From the NCBI GenBank assembly GCA_029558515.1, contig JAKQEM010000024.1, positions 57,164 to 121,163 on the forward strand: 64,000 nt of DNA. The letters are read 5' to 3'. The translations under genes and the position numbers were made by a program. The notes beneath the pieces were generated by a model. The model was not told the origin of the DNA and did no database searches. It worked only from the letters and a program-made list of their open reading frames with translations. The stretch comes from a bacterium (GTDB taxonomy: Bacteria > Patescibacteriota > Gracilibacteria > Peribacterales > Peribacteraceae). Shown here in pieces: positions 33,324-42,993 of the stretch (positions within the stretch are counted from its first letter, which is position 1; each line of letters starts with the position of its first letter).

Positions 33324-35930
33324 ATGCATCCGTTCGATCGATTCACGCCAAACGCCAAACTCGCTCTGCAGATCGCCGAGCAGGAGGCCAAGGCCATGCA
33401 GAGCAGTTACATCGGGACCGAGCATCTGCTACTGGGGCTCCTGAGCATCCCGAAGTCTCTGGCCTTTTCCATTTTCACGGGCGCGGGCGTGACGCTCGAG
33501 AACGTACGAATCTTGCTGAAGGCATCCAAAAACTCCGCGATGGAAGGCAAGCATGTGAAGCACGGCCTCTCCACCTTCCTGCATGCGATCATCGAACAAT
33601 CGGTCGTCACGGCACACAAGTTCCGTCACGCCAACGTCGGCACGGAGCATCTGCTCTATGCCTTGGTCTCCACGGAGAGAAACGGCGCCACGATGCTGCT
33701 GGAGAGCATGCAGGTGGACCCGGCGGACCTGAAATTGCACATCGAAGAAATGTTCGGACAAATCAGTCAGTTCAGGCAACAGAACCGCAACGTGGAACAG
33801 TCGCTCGAAGCCTTCTTCCACGGCCTGCAGGGCGCGATTGCCGGTCTGCAGCAGGGGGGTATCGCCGGAGAGCCGGAAGGACTCAAGAGGCGGCGCTCCG
33901 AAGGCGCGAGCAAAACACCGGCCCTCGATTACTTCACGGATGACCTCGTCGCGCGCGCCAAGGAAGGCAAAATCGATCCGATCATCGGACGCGATACGGA
34001 GATCGAACGAATGATCCATATCCTCAATCGCAAAACGAAGAATAACCCCGTGCTCATCGGAGAACCCGGCGTCGGCAAGACCGCCATCGTGGAAGGGCTG
34101 GCGCAGCGCATCGCCGATGGCAAAGTACCCGAATCACTCCGAACCAAGCGGGTGCTGGTACTGAACATGGGATCGATGGTGGCGGGCACCAAGTATCGCG
34201 GCGAATTCGAGCAACGGTTCGAAGATATCATCAAGGAAGCGACCCAGAGCGAGAAGCAAATCATTCTCTTCATCGACGAAATCCATACGGTGGTGGGTGC
34301 GGGGGCGGCGGAGGGATCGCTGGATGCAGCCAATATCCTGAAACCGGCGCTCAGCCGCAGCTCCATCCAGGTCATCGGAGCCACGACGCTCAGCGAGTAC
34401 CGCACCGTGGAGAAAGATCGCGCTCTGGAACGCAGATTCCAGTCGGTCGCCGTGGAACCGTCCACCGTGCAAGATTCCATCTTGATTCTCAAAGGGGTAA
34501 AACAATCCTTCGAGCACTTCCATCACATCGCAATCAGCGATGAAGCGATCGAAGCAGCGGTGCAGATGAGCGACCGCTACCTGTCGGAACGCTTCCTGCC
34601 GGACAAAGCCATTGACGTTTTGGATGAAGCCGCGGCGGGAAAGAGCCTGCAGCACGCGCACGTCTCGCCCGAATTGCGGAAGGTCGAGGACGCACTCACT
34701 GAATTGGCGCGCAAGCAGCAGGACGCCGTGAAGGATCAGAAGTATCATCTGGCGCTGCGCCTCAAGCAGGAGCAGCAAGAACTGAAGGAGAAGCGGGAAA
34801 AATTGCTGGAGGAATCAGACGGTGACACGCGCTCCCCCGTCGGCATCACCTCCGATGACATCGCAACCGTCATCGCCCGTATGACCGGCGTACCCGTGAC
34901 CAAACTCCTCAAACCCGAGGCGCGACGACTCGCCAACTTGGAGCAGGTGCTGCGCAAGTTCGTCATCGGCCAGGACGAAGCGGTCCACAAAGTCGCGCGG
35001 GCCGTTCGTCGCTCGCGCGTGGGCATCGGCAATACCAAGCGGCCGATCGGCTCTTTCCTCTTCCTGGGCCCGACGGGCGTCGGCAAGACGGAACTGGTGC
35101 GAACGCTCGCACGCGAAATCTTCAATCGTGAGGACGCACTCATCAAAATCGACATGTCCGAGTTCATGGAGCGCCACAACGTCTCGCGTCTCATCGGCAC
35201 CACGGCCGGCTACGTCGGCTATGAGGAGGGCGGTCAACTGACGGAATCCGTGCGACGCAAACCGTACTCCGTCGTCCTCTTTGATGAAGTGGAGAAAGCC
35301 CATCCGGAGTTCTTCAATCTCCTGCTGCAGATCATGGAAGACGGCACGCTGACCGACGGGCAGGGAAAAGCGGTCGACTTCCGCAATACGATCATCGTGC
35401 TCACCAGCAATATCGGCGCCGAGAAACTCACGAAGCAGGCGGCGAAGATCGGCTTCAAACTGGATGAAGAAGCGAGCAGAGAGGAAAACGAGTACGAGGA
35501 GAAACGCGCGGAAGTGCTGAAAGAATTGAAGGACCATTTCCGACCGGAGTTTCTCAACCGCATCGACCACATCATGGTATTCAATGCCTTAAATCAGCAG
35601 CACATCCGCAAGATCGTCCGCACGCAGCTGGTAGAATTGGAGGAGCGACTCGCGGAGCAGGGGTATCGGCTGGACGTCGACCAGAAAGCGATCAACGTGC
35701 TCGCCGCGGAGGGATTCGATCCGGAGTACGGAGCGAGACCCGTGCGCCGCGTCATCCAAAACCGCATTGAGGACGAGATCGCAGAGCACATCCTGAAGGG
35801 AGTTTTCCGGCCCGGCGACACCATCCGCGTCATCCGAAAGAGGGATGATACGCTCGAATTCCTGCACGGAGAGAAGAGCGCGCGGGAGACGCAGGAAGCG
35901 GAAGAGCACGAAACTGCGAAAACGGCTTGA
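33324..35930 (+). CDS. clpC: Clp/Hsp100 AAA+ chaperone, ClpC-like
   Basis: Clp_N repeats (YIGTEHLLLGLL, NVGTEHLLYAL). Two Walker A sites (GEPGVGKT, GPTGVGKT). A short coiled middle domain. RPEFLNRID is also present. Confidence 0.85.
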   Translation: MHPFDRFTPNAKLALQIAEQEAKAMQSSYIGTEHLLLGLLSIPKSLAFSIFTGAGVTLENVRILLKASKNSAMEGKHVKHGLSTFLHAIIEQSVVTAHKFRHANVGTEHLLYALVSTERNGATMLLESMQVDPADLKLHIEEMFGQISQFRQQNRNVEQSLEAFFHGLQGAIAGLQQGGIAGEPEGLKRRRSEGASKTPALDYFTDDLVARAKEGKIDPIIGRDTEIERMIHILNRKTKNNPVLIGEPGVGKTAIVEGLAQRIADGKVPESLRTKRVLVLNMGSMVAGTKYRGEFEQRFEDIIKEATQSEKQIILFIDEIHTVVGAGAAEGSLDAANILKPALSRSSIQVIGATTLSEYRTVEKDRALERRFQSVAVEPSTVQDSILILKGVKQSFEHFHHIAISDEAIEAAVQMSDRYLSERFLPDKAIDVLDEAAAGKSLQHAHVSPELRKVEDALTELARKQQDAVKDQKYHLALRLKQEQQELKEKREKLLEESDGDTRSPVGITSDDIATVIARMTGVPVTKLLKPEARRLANLEQVLRKFVIGQDEAVHKVARAVRRSRVGIGNTKRPIGSFLFLGPTGVGKTELVRTLAREIFNREDALIKIDMSEFMERHNVSRLIGTTAGYVGYEEGGQLTESVRRKPYSVVLFDEVEKAHPEFFNLLLQIMEDGTLTDGQGKAVDFRNTIIVLTSNIGAEKLTKQAAKIGFKLDEEASREENEYEEKRAEVLKELKDHFRPEFLNRIDHIMVFNALNQQHIRKIVRTQLVELEERLAEQGYRLDVDQKAINVLAAEGFDPEYGARPVRRVIQNRIEDEIAEHILKGVFRPGDTIRVIRKRDDTLEFLHGEKSARETQEAEEHETAKTA

Positions 35931-36016
35931 AAGGGCTTTTTGATTGATCACCGACCAATTCCTCTTGGCAGAAATTTACGTCATCGGTCACGATCGCCGA
36001 GCCGGTGTTCCATGCC

Positions 36017-36046
36017 TTGGCCATCAGACCGCTTTTATGCTATACT
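36017..36046 (+). promoter_or_regulatory. Extended -10 promoter for the prgI/virB4-N pair
   Basis: TTGGCC (36017-36022), an 18-nt spacer, TGC-TATACT (TG at 36038-36039, -10 at 36041-36046), with the ATG at 36071. Confidence 0.4.
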
Positions 36047-36070
36047 GAAAGGATTTCTTGATCCCCTGCC

Positions 36071-36721
36071 ATGCCCATCGAACCGATCAAAATCCCGCAG
36101 AACGTCTACATCGAGGATCGCATCGTCGGTCCGCTGACGCTCAAGCAACTGATCATCAGCACCATCGGCTGCGGATTCAGCTACGCACTGTTCGCGGTCC
36201 TGAGCAAGGCCATGGGCGGCACCCCGCCGCTTCCCGTAACGATACTGGTGTGGATACCGGGCGCGCTCTCCATTCTCTTCGCTTTCGTGCGCATCAACGA
36301 CTTGAGCATGCTCCACCTCCTCCTGCTGCTGGTGGAAAAAGCCAACAAGCCCGCCACCCGCATATGGGCGCCCCGCCGGGGCATCACCATCAACTTCCGC
36401 ACAACCATGATGGAGAAACCGAAAGCAGCGACTCCCCAAACACCCGAACACAGCATGCCGCGCATCGATGAACTCAGCTCCATTCTGGATCTTCCTTCGG
36501 CTGCATCCATCGCGCGGCACACGCACAAAGAGGAGGCGAACCTCCCGGGAAATGCGCAGGAGGAAGAAGCACCATCAACGCCCCGTCCCGTCGATCCGTC
36601 GCGCATCGCTGTGACTCCGCTGCAGGATACCGACCTGATGGACATCACGCCCGCCAAGCCGGCTGCACCGACCGCAGGCACCGTCTCCATCTTCCGAGAT
36701 CTCTCCCCCCGCCGGGCATGA
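36071..36721 (+). CDS. PrgI-family (VirB3-like) membrane protein
   Basis: IPQNVYIEDRIVGPLTLKQLIISTIGCGFSYALF followed by a second TM segment is the PrgI pattern. The C-terminus is long and disordered. Confidence 0.7.
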   Translation: MPIEPIKIPQNVYIEDRIVGPLTLKQLIISTIGCGFSYALFAVLSKAMGGTPPLPVTILVWIPGALSILFAFVRINDLSMLHLLLLLVEKANKPATRIWAPRRGITINFRTTMMEKPKAATPQTPEHSMPRIDELSSILDLPSAASIARHTHKEEANLPGNAQEEEAPSTPRPVDPSRIAVTPLQDTDLMDITPAKPAAPTAGTVSIFRDLSPRRA

Positions 36722-37434
36722 GTACGCCAAAACTGACCGGCACCGTGCGCACACGCAAGAGGAGCGTCACCACCGCCACCCAGCGGTTCCTGCCGATTGC
36801 CGAAATCCGCAACGATTCCGTCATCCTGAAGAACGGGGGTCTGCGCGCCGTCATCGAGGTGGAAGCACTGAACTTCAACTTGAAGAGCGAAACGGAACAG
36901 CAGGCCATCATCGCCGGATACGGCGCATTCATGAATACCCTCACCTTCCCGCTGCAGATCGTCATTCGTTCCACCAAGACAAACATCGATGACTACCTGA
37001 CGACGATCCGCACGCTGGGGGAGAAACAGGACAATGTGCTGCTGAAGAATCAAACGTTGGCCTACGCCGACTTCATGCAGCGGCTCATTGAAGTCGCCGA
37101 AATCATGCAGAAGCGCTTCCTGATCGTCGTTCCCATGGACCATGGGATGCGCAAAAAGACACTCATCGAGCAATTCTTCGACTGGCTCAATCCCGATGAC
37201 ACGGCCTCCAAAGCAACGGTCCGACGCCGAGATTTCAACAGCGGCATCAAGCTCCTCAATGAGCGCGTCGAACTCGTTTCCTCGGGACTGAGCAACATCG
37301 GTCTGCATCTCAAGCGCCTCTCCACCCGTCAGCTCATCGAACTCTACTATCAGATCTACAACCCGAAGAACGCCCAGACGCAAAAGATCCCGAACAATGA
37401 GGAGCAGCTGCAGATGCAGGGGATGACATTGTGA
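36718..37434 (+). CDS. Stand-alone N-terminal domain of a VirB4/TraC (Orf16/PrgJ)-type ATPase
   Basis: QRFLPIAEIRNDSVILKNGGLRAVIEVEALNFNLKSETEQQAIIAGYGAFMNTLTFPLQIVIRS matches the N-terminal domain pattern of Gram-positive VirB4 proteins. There are no Walker motifs. The start overlaps the prgI stop (ATGA). Confidence 0.65.
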   Translation: MSTPKLTGTVRTRKRSVTTATQRFLPIAEIRNDSVILKNGGLRAVIEVEALNFNLKSETEQQAIIAGYGAFMNTLTFPLQIVIRSTKTNIDDYLTTIRTLGEKQDNVLLKNQTLAYADFMQRLIEVAEIMQKRFLIVVPMDHGMRKKTLIEQFFDWLNPDDTASKATVRRRDFNSGIKLLNERVELVSSGLSNIGLHLKRLSTRQLIELYYQIYNPKNAQTQKIPNNEEQLQMQGMTL

Positions 37435-37596
37435 AGAAGGGGCGAAAGGGTACGGGCGGGAACCGGGGTTTTGGGGAAATACCCTGATTCTTTTGACAAG
37501 TTCACTTCCCACTGGCAGAGTACTCGTCCCGGATACGGTTGCTCGTGCAAGGGCCGTATGCGCTTTCTATCTCTTCCGCTTGCACCCCCTCTTTCT

Positions 37597-39006
37597 ATGA
37601 CCAAACAACAATCCCGGACAACCGGCACAACCATCCTCATGGATCAACTGATGAAAGACTCCCCGCAAATTTTCCGGGCCCGCCCGGGAGAGCTGGTGGA
37701 TGGAACGGTCGTCTTCAGGGGAAAGAACAAGTTGCTCTTGGATATCCGCGGCGTCTCCACCGGCATCATTTCGGGTCGGGAACTGCGCGATTCCTTCAAC
37801 ACATTCCACGAACTGCAGGCCGGCGACATCGTCTCCGCGATGGTGCTGGAAGAGGAGAACGACGAAGGTCTGGTCGTGATGAGCCTCCGGATGGCCAGCC
37901 AGCGCAAGGCATGGGATAAGTTCCATAAGCTGATCGAGCAGGACGGCACCATGAAGTTCACGGCGCAGGAAGCCAATAAGGGCGGACTCATCACGAACAT
38001 CGACGGCATCCGCGCCTTCCTGCCCGTCTCGCAACTTGCACCCGTCAACTACCCGCGCGTCAGCAACGCCGACTCCACGGAAATCATCGGCCGCCTGCAG
38101 AAATTCGTCGGACACACGTTCACGGTGAAGATCGTCACGATGGATGAAGAGGCGGGAAAGATCGTCGTCTCCGAGCGCGATGCGATGGCCGAAGAACGGT
38201 CGAAGTCGTTGGAATTGCTCAAGATCGGCGACGTCAAGGACGGCGTGGTCTCCGGCGTCGTGAAGTTCGGTCTCTTCGTCACCTTCGACGGTCTGGAAGG
38301 ACTGGTGCACATCTCCGAGATCGCCTGGGGCCACGTGAAGAATCCCGCGGAGTTCGCGCAGATCGGCGACAGAGCGCGCGTGAAAGTCATCGGCGTGGAC
38401 GGCGATAAGCTCAGCCTCTCCATCAAGCAGCTCACGCAGGACCCGTGGGAAGAGGTGGCGGAGCGCTATCCCGTCGGCAAGAAGGTCACCGGCACCATCG
38501 TCCGATTCGCCGATTACGGCGCCTTCCTGAAGCTGGAGAAAGATATCAACGGACTCGTGCACCTCTCAGAAATCGCCCACCACAAAGTGACCGACCCGTC
38601 CGAAGTCCTCACCATCGGCCAGAAGATCGATGCGCAAGTCATCAACATCGATATCGACGAGCGCCGCATCGGACTTTCCATCAAGGCCCTCAAACCCATC
38701 GACCGGGAGACGATGGAACGAATTAAGAAAGAAGCGGCGGAAGCGAAGGGGGCGAAGGAAGTGAAGGAAGTGAAAGAGTCCGATGCAGACACGCCCAAAG
38801 CAAAGAAAGTTTCCAAGAAGGGAGAATCGTCGGTTGCCTCGGAATCATCTGCTGCTTCGGTTGCCCCGCAGGAAGGTTTTGTCGCTTCCAAATCCGGGAA
38901 GAAGTACTACCCGGCAGATTCCGCGGCAGGCAAGAAGATCGCTGAGGAGAACCGCGTGCACTTCAAGACGATGGAGGAAGCGGAGAAGGCGGGGTATGCG
39001 GCGTAG
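37597..39006 (+). CDS. rpsA: 30S ribosomal protein S1 (four S1 domains) with a Lys/Glu-rich C-terminal tail
   Basis: Repeated S1 OB-fold motifs (GELVDGTVV, GDIVSAMVL, GDVKDGVVSGVVKFGLFV, GKKVTGTIVRFADYGAFL). The tail ends KYYPADS..NRVHFKTMEEAEKAGYAA. The ORF opens at 37471. Confidence 0.85.
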   Translation: MTKQQSRTTGTTILMDQLMKDSPQIFRARPGELVDGTVVFRGKNKLLLDIRGVSTGIISGRELRDSFNTFHELQAGDIVSAMVLEEENDEGLVVMSLRMASQRKAWDKFHKLIEQDGTMKFTAQEANKGGLITNIDGIRAFLPVSQLAPVNYPRVSNADSTEIIGRLQKFVGHTFTVKIVTMDEEAGKIVVSERDAMAEERSKSLELLKIGDVKDGVVSGVVKFGLFVTFDGLEGLVHISEIAWGHVKNPAEFAQIGDRARVKVIGVDGDKLSLSIKQLTQDPWEEVAERYPVGKKVTGTIVRFADYGAFLKLEKDINGLVHLSEIAHHKVTDPSEVLTIGQKIDAQVINIDIDERRIGLSIKALKPIDRETMERIKKEAAEAKGAKEVKEVKESDADTPKAKKVSKKGESSVASESSAASVAPQEGFVASKSGKKYYPADSAAGKKIAEENRVHFKTMEEAEKAGYAA

Positions 39007-39116
39007 GGATTGGGAATTGGTCTATTGGGGATTGGGACGGATCTGAGCATGAACGAACCCTTTTAGATCGTCCTCTTCCCAATTCCAAATCCCAAACCCC
39101 GAATCCCCAATCCCCC
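39007..39116. repeat. Inverted heptamer arrays filling the rpsA-HAD spacer
   Basis: The left arm is GGGATTG GGAATTG GTCTATT GGGGATT GGGACGG. The right arm is CCCAATT CCAAATC CCAAACC CCGAATC CCCAATC CCCC. GGGGATTGGGA (39028-39038) is the perfect complement of TCCCAATCCCC (39105-39115). Confidence 0.9.
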
Positions 39117-39785
39117 ATGCACGCCTTCCTCTTCGACTTCGACGGGGTGATCGTGGACTCCGAGCGACACTGGGCGCAAGCGGATACGACGTTCTTTCCG
39201 ACGATCGCACCGGGGTATGACGCATCCGATGTGCGCAACATGATGGGATTGGGACTGCGATCGGGGTATGACTACCTGCGGAAACGACGAGGATTGTCAT
39301 TGTCTTTTGAGGAATACTCAACGGTAGTGGAGGCAGAAGTCGGCGACATCTACACGCAAAAGGCACAACTGCTCCCGGGAGCGGGCGCATTGATTGCGCG
39401 CATGCAGTCTCCGGAGATGCGCATCGGGATCGCCTCTTCGTCCAAGCGCGCCTGGATCGACGCCGCGCTGACCCGACTGGGCCTGGTTGATGCATTCCCC
39501 GTCATCGCCACCGCAGACGACGTGAACGGCCGCACCAAGCCCGATCCCGCCGTCTACCTGCACGCGGCGGACGCATTGCATGTGGAGCCGACGACTTGCA
39601 TCGCCCTGGAAGATTCCGACAACGGCATTGCGGCAGCCCTCAGCGCCGGCATGACTTGCATCGCACTCAGGACAGACATGAATCCGACGCAGACACTCAC
39701 ACAGGCGCACCACACTGTCTACGGCCTCGATGAGGTAACCGACGCACTACTGAAAAACCTTTCCCGGTCCATCCTCCGTCCGTAA
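39117..39785 (+). CDS. HAD-IA family hydrolase (beta-phosphoglucomutase-like)
   Basis: FLFDFDGVIVDSE (motif I), IASSS (motif II) and EDSDNGIAAA (motif IV). Confidence 0.85.
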   Translation: MHAFLFDFDGVIVDSERHWAQADTTFFPTIAPGYDASDVRNMMGLGLRSGYDYLRKRRGLSLSFEEYSTVVEAEVGDIYTQKAQLLPGAGALIARMQSPEMRIGIASSSKRAWIDAALTRLGLVDAFPVIATADDVNGRTKPDPAVYLHAADALHVEPTTCIALEDSDNGIAAALSAGMTCIALRTDMNPTQTLTQAHHTVYGLDEVTDALLKNLSRSILRP

Positions 39786-39795
39786 TCCGTCCGCC

Positions 39796-40140
39796 CTAGT
39801 TCTTCGCACCCTCCTCCACCATTTTCTCCTGCGAAAGGAAATGCAGATGCAGATAGTAGATTTCCTGTCCCCCGCCGCGGCCCACGTGGTAGACCAACTT
39901 ATACCCGTCGATACGATGAGCGGTGGCGAATTCTTTGGCTTTCAGGATGAGCATGCCGGGAATGTGCGCCGTCTCCGGCGTCAGTTCGGCGATGGATGCG
40001 ACGTACTGCTTGGGGACAAACAGTAGGTGCGTGGGCGCTTTGGGTCGGATATCCTTGAATGCCACCACGTCACCATCCTCATACACGATGTCTGCGGGCA
40101 ACTCATGGGCAATGATGCGGTGGAAAATAGTGCGCTCCAT
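39796..40140 (-). CDS. HIT-family (histidine triad) protein
   Basis: IFHRII..ELPADIVYEDGDVVAFKDI.PKAPTHLL and the triad HLHLHFL. ATG at 40140. Confidence 0.85.
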   Translation of the reverse strand: MERTIFHRIIAHELPADIVYEDGDVVAFKDIRPKAPTHLLFVPKQYVASIAELTPETAHIPGMLILKAKEFATAHRIDGYKLVYHVGRGGGQEIYYLHLHFLSQEKMVEEGAKN

Positions 40141-40258
40141 AGGCCTGTATTCTAGGAGAGAACGAGCGATCATCCAAGTAATGCCGGATTCAAAAAGAAG
40201 CGCCATTTCTGCTTGCATAAGCGATAAAACATTGAAATGTAGGCGAAATAAGCGCATA

Positions 40259-40765
40259 ATGGTACCCGGCATGGCCACACCGGAGCACAACAACGGGCAA
40301 CCCCGTTCTCCATCCGCACTCCCCGAGCGCGTGGTACAACCGACCATGCGATTGGATTTGAGCAATTCATTGGGCATGATCCTGGAAGAGGTCAATCGCA
40401 TCAGTGAATCGGCGGCTGCCGGACCCGGCGAACAGTGGAACGGTGGTGGTACGGCTGCTGCTGCAGCAAGCGGTGGATCTGCTGCGGCCGTCTCGGCCAG
40501 ACAACAGGCCATCGCCCGCCTCCCCGCGCCGCAAGTCATGCAGAAGCAATTGGAGAAGCACATCACGACCGAAGTGAAGAAACTCCGAAAGGAAGCAATG
40601 CACATCGCACGCCTGTCACGTCCCGGCGCCGCACATCGCCTCAATGTCCTCTATGCGCGCATCCGCAACCTCAACAGCCTCCTCAGTGAGCTGCTGCAGG
40701 CTTCCTACGACATCATCCAGCGATTCTTCATCCGCGTGTTCATCGATAAACAGCAAATACTGTAA
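40259..40765 (+). CDS. Hypothetical protein
   Basis: The ORF is open from 39923 but its 5' part is antisense to the HIT gene. The start is uncertain (40181, 40259 or 40271). The C-terminus is helical. Confidence 0.35.
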   Translation: MVPGMATPEHNNGQPRSPSALPERVVQPTMRLDLSNSLGMILEEVNRISESAAAGPGEQWNGGGTAAAAASGGSAAAVSARQQAIARLPAPQVMQKQLEKHITTEVKKLRKEAMHIARLSRPGAAHRLNVLYARIRNLNSLLSELLQASYDIIQRFFIRVFIDKQQIL

Positions 40766-40794
40766 ACAAGCGACGACGCCACGGCAGCCCCCTG

Positions 40795-41046
40795 TCACTT
40801 CTCTTTCTTCGTGTGATGCTTTTTGGCTTTCTCCTGCAAAAAAGATTGCATCCATTCCAACGCGCTGTCCGTCATGCTGAGAGGCTTCATGATCACCGTT
40901 TCGATCTCCCGCGTGACCCGCTCGACGCGCCTGGCCACCTTGCGCGCATCCACGGCAATGAAGATGATGTGATACAATGCGACGATGAGCATCACGGCGA
41001 CCGCGATGTACAGTCCCATCATGATGTCCTGCGGTGCCCACGTCAT
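40795..41046 (-). CDS. Hypothetical small single-TM protein
   Basis: The ATG is at 41046 and the product is 83 aa. The TM segment is MMGLYIAVAVMLIVALYHIIFIAV and the C-terminus is basic. Confidence 0.4.
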   Translation of the reverse strand: MTWAPQDIMMGLYIAVAVMLIVALYHIIFIAVDARKVARRVERVTREIETVIMKPLSMTDSALEWMQSFLQEKAKKHHTKKEK

Positions 41047-41073
41047 GTCACACAGTCTACCTACTCTCCGCGC

Positions 41074-41358
41074 ATGCGCAATCCGATCCGCACCATCATC
41101 GCGCTTCCACGCAACACCATACTGGCGTTCCTCACGCTGTACCAAGCCACGCTCTCCCCCGATCACGGCCCGCTCAAGCACCTGCATCCCTACGGGTACT
41201 GCCGTCATCATCCGACCTGCTCGCAGTACGCAAAAGAACAGATTGCATCCCGCGGCCTCCTCATCGGCGGGCTGCAAGGGCTGCGACAACTCCTCACCTG
41301 CCACCCGTGGCGCAAGCCCGATGAGGAGAGGATCCGAAAGGCACTGGACCGATTGTGA
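41074..41358 (+). CDS. yidD: Membrane protein insertion efficiency factor YidD
   Basis: LYQATLSP ... CRHHPTCSQYAKEQI ... LLTCHPW is the YidD signature. Confidence 0.8.
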   Translation: MRNPIRTIIALPRNTILAFLTLYQATLSPDHGPLKHLHPYGYCRHHPTCSQYAKEQIASRGLLIGGLQGLRQLLTCHPWRKPDEERIRKALDRL

Positions 41359-41457
41359 TGCACCGCATGCCGGTGGTGAACATGGAAAAATCATTTCTCT
41401 GTTACCCGGCTACTCTGTTATTCTGTCGCTTTGTTCCACTGTCATCCCCCCTCTCCC

Positions 41458-41823
41458 ATGCTCAAAGAATTCCGCGACTTCGCCATGAAAGGCAACGTAC
41501 TGGATCTTGCGATAGCCGTCATCATCGGTACCGCATTCGGCAAAATCGTCTCATCGCTGGTGGGAGATGTCATCATGCCGACGTTCGGACTACTGCTCGG
41601 CAAACTCGATTTTTCATCTCTCGCGCTGAACATCGGAGATGCGAGCATCAAGTATGGCATGTTCCTGCAATCCGTGGTGGATTTCATCATCATCGCCTTC
41701 TGCATCTTCCTGATGGTGAAGGCCCTGCGGCGCTTCAAGAAACCGGAACCCCCTCCCACGCCCGCAGCGCCGTCGGAGGAAGTGCGCCTCCTCACGGAGA
41801 TACGGGATGCATTGAAGAGATGA
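41458..41823 (+). CDS. mscL: Large-conductance mechanosensitive channel
   Basis: [41 protein letters not shown] is the canonical MscL N-terminus. Confidence 0.9.
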   Translation: MLKEFRDFAMKGNVLDLAIAVIIGTAFGKIVSSLVGDVIMPTFGLLLGKLDFSSLALNIGDASIKYGMFLQSVVDFIIIAFCIFLMVKALRRFKKPEPPPTPAAPSEEVRLLTEIRDALKR

Positions 41824-41950
41824 AATTCGATTGGCAAAATACCTGCGAGCTGGGATGAAAAGCATGGCGCAATCCACATCGTTGCGATGATTCCATCGGG
41901 AACCTTTTTCCAACTCACAAACATTCCAAACGCAACGATCCCCGCTCCGG

Positions 41951-42385
41951 CTACTTTGCAGCCTCTGCCTCCCTCTCCGCACACCGCTTGAAGGAATCCA
42001 AAATCGCCTGCCAGCCCTGCCGCTGCATTTCCACCGAATTCTCCTCTTCGGCATCAAACGTTTCGGTGATTGATGTTTCGCCTTCCCGATCCTCAAACTC
42101 CACGGTAACCGTCCGCCCGTCGTCCATGGTGTACGCAAGGCGCTGCTGCGGAATGACTTCCGTAAAGGTACCGGCAAAATCGAAGCCCTCACTCCCATCC
42201 TTCGCCTCCATCCGACTCATGAACGTGCCGCCTTCCCGCAAATCCGTCGTGGCGCGGGGCGTGTGCCAATCGTCGGATGCGGCGTTCCACCGCATGATAT
42301 GTTTGGGTTCCGTCCAGAATTTCCAAGCGGTTTCCACGGGAACGGCAACAGCGGTTTTGACGGTGATGCGGGTACGTTCAGTCAT
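41951..42385 (-). CDS. SRPBCC/AHSA1-like domain protein
   Basis: ITVKTAVAVPVETAWKFWTEPKHIMRWN ... GWQAILDSFK matches the Aha1/START-like fold pattern. Confidence 0.7.
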   Translation of the reverse strand: MTERTRITVKTAVAVPVETAWKFWTEPKHIMRWNAASDDWHTPRATTDLREGGTFMSRMEAKDGSEGFDFAGTFTEVIPQQRLAYTMDDGRTVTVEFEDREGETSITETFDAEEENSVEMQRQGWQAILDSFKRCAEREAEAAK

Positions 42386-42484
42386 CGGGAATAATGACGC
42401 ACACAGAGGGAAATCGTATACGAGAATCGTAAGGAAACTGCGGGCACTACGTCCTAGAATCATCGTTTTTCTCCCCCCTTTCCC

Positions 42485-42856
42485 ATGCGTTACGTTGATG
42501 GATTCGTCCTCGCGGTTCCCAGAAACAAGCTCGATGCGTACAAGAAAATGGCCGGCGACGGCGGCAAATTGTGGATGAAGCACGGCGCCCTGGAGTACGT
42601 GGAAGCCGTGGGTGATGACATGGAGCCGGACATGGGCGGCATGAAGGCACTGACATTCCCCAAGCTCACGAAGCTGCAGGATGACGAAGTCCCGATCTTC
42701 TCATTCATCGTGTATCGTTCCAAAGCGCACCGCGACCGTGTGAATGCGAGAGTCATGGAGGAAATGCAGGGTCAACCTCCTCCCGACATGCCCTTCGACA
42801 TGCAGCGCATGGCGTACGGCGGGTTTCAGGCGTTCGTAGATAAGGCACAGAAATAA
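42485..42856 (+). CDS. DUF1428-family protein
   Basis: MRYVDGFVLAVPRNKLDAYKKMA...WMKHGALEYVE...FSFIVYRSKAHRDRVN matches the DUF1428 pattern. Confidence 0.8.
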   Translation: MRYVDGFVLAVPRNKLDAYKKMAGDGGKLWMKHGALEYVEAVGDDMEPDMGGMKALTFPKLTKLQDDEVPIFSFIVYRSKAHRDRVNARVMEEMQGQPPPDMPFDMQRMAYGGFQAFVDKAQK

Positions 42857-42993
42857 CCTGCATCACCGCACCTCCCTTGCGCCGGCGGCGCGTGCGGCCC
42901 GGGTGAATATTGAAATATTTGGAGCGGGTTACTGGAAAGTATTACAACTATGGTGTTCCACGATAAGGTCTGTTCTTACAGTGGGCGATGCCG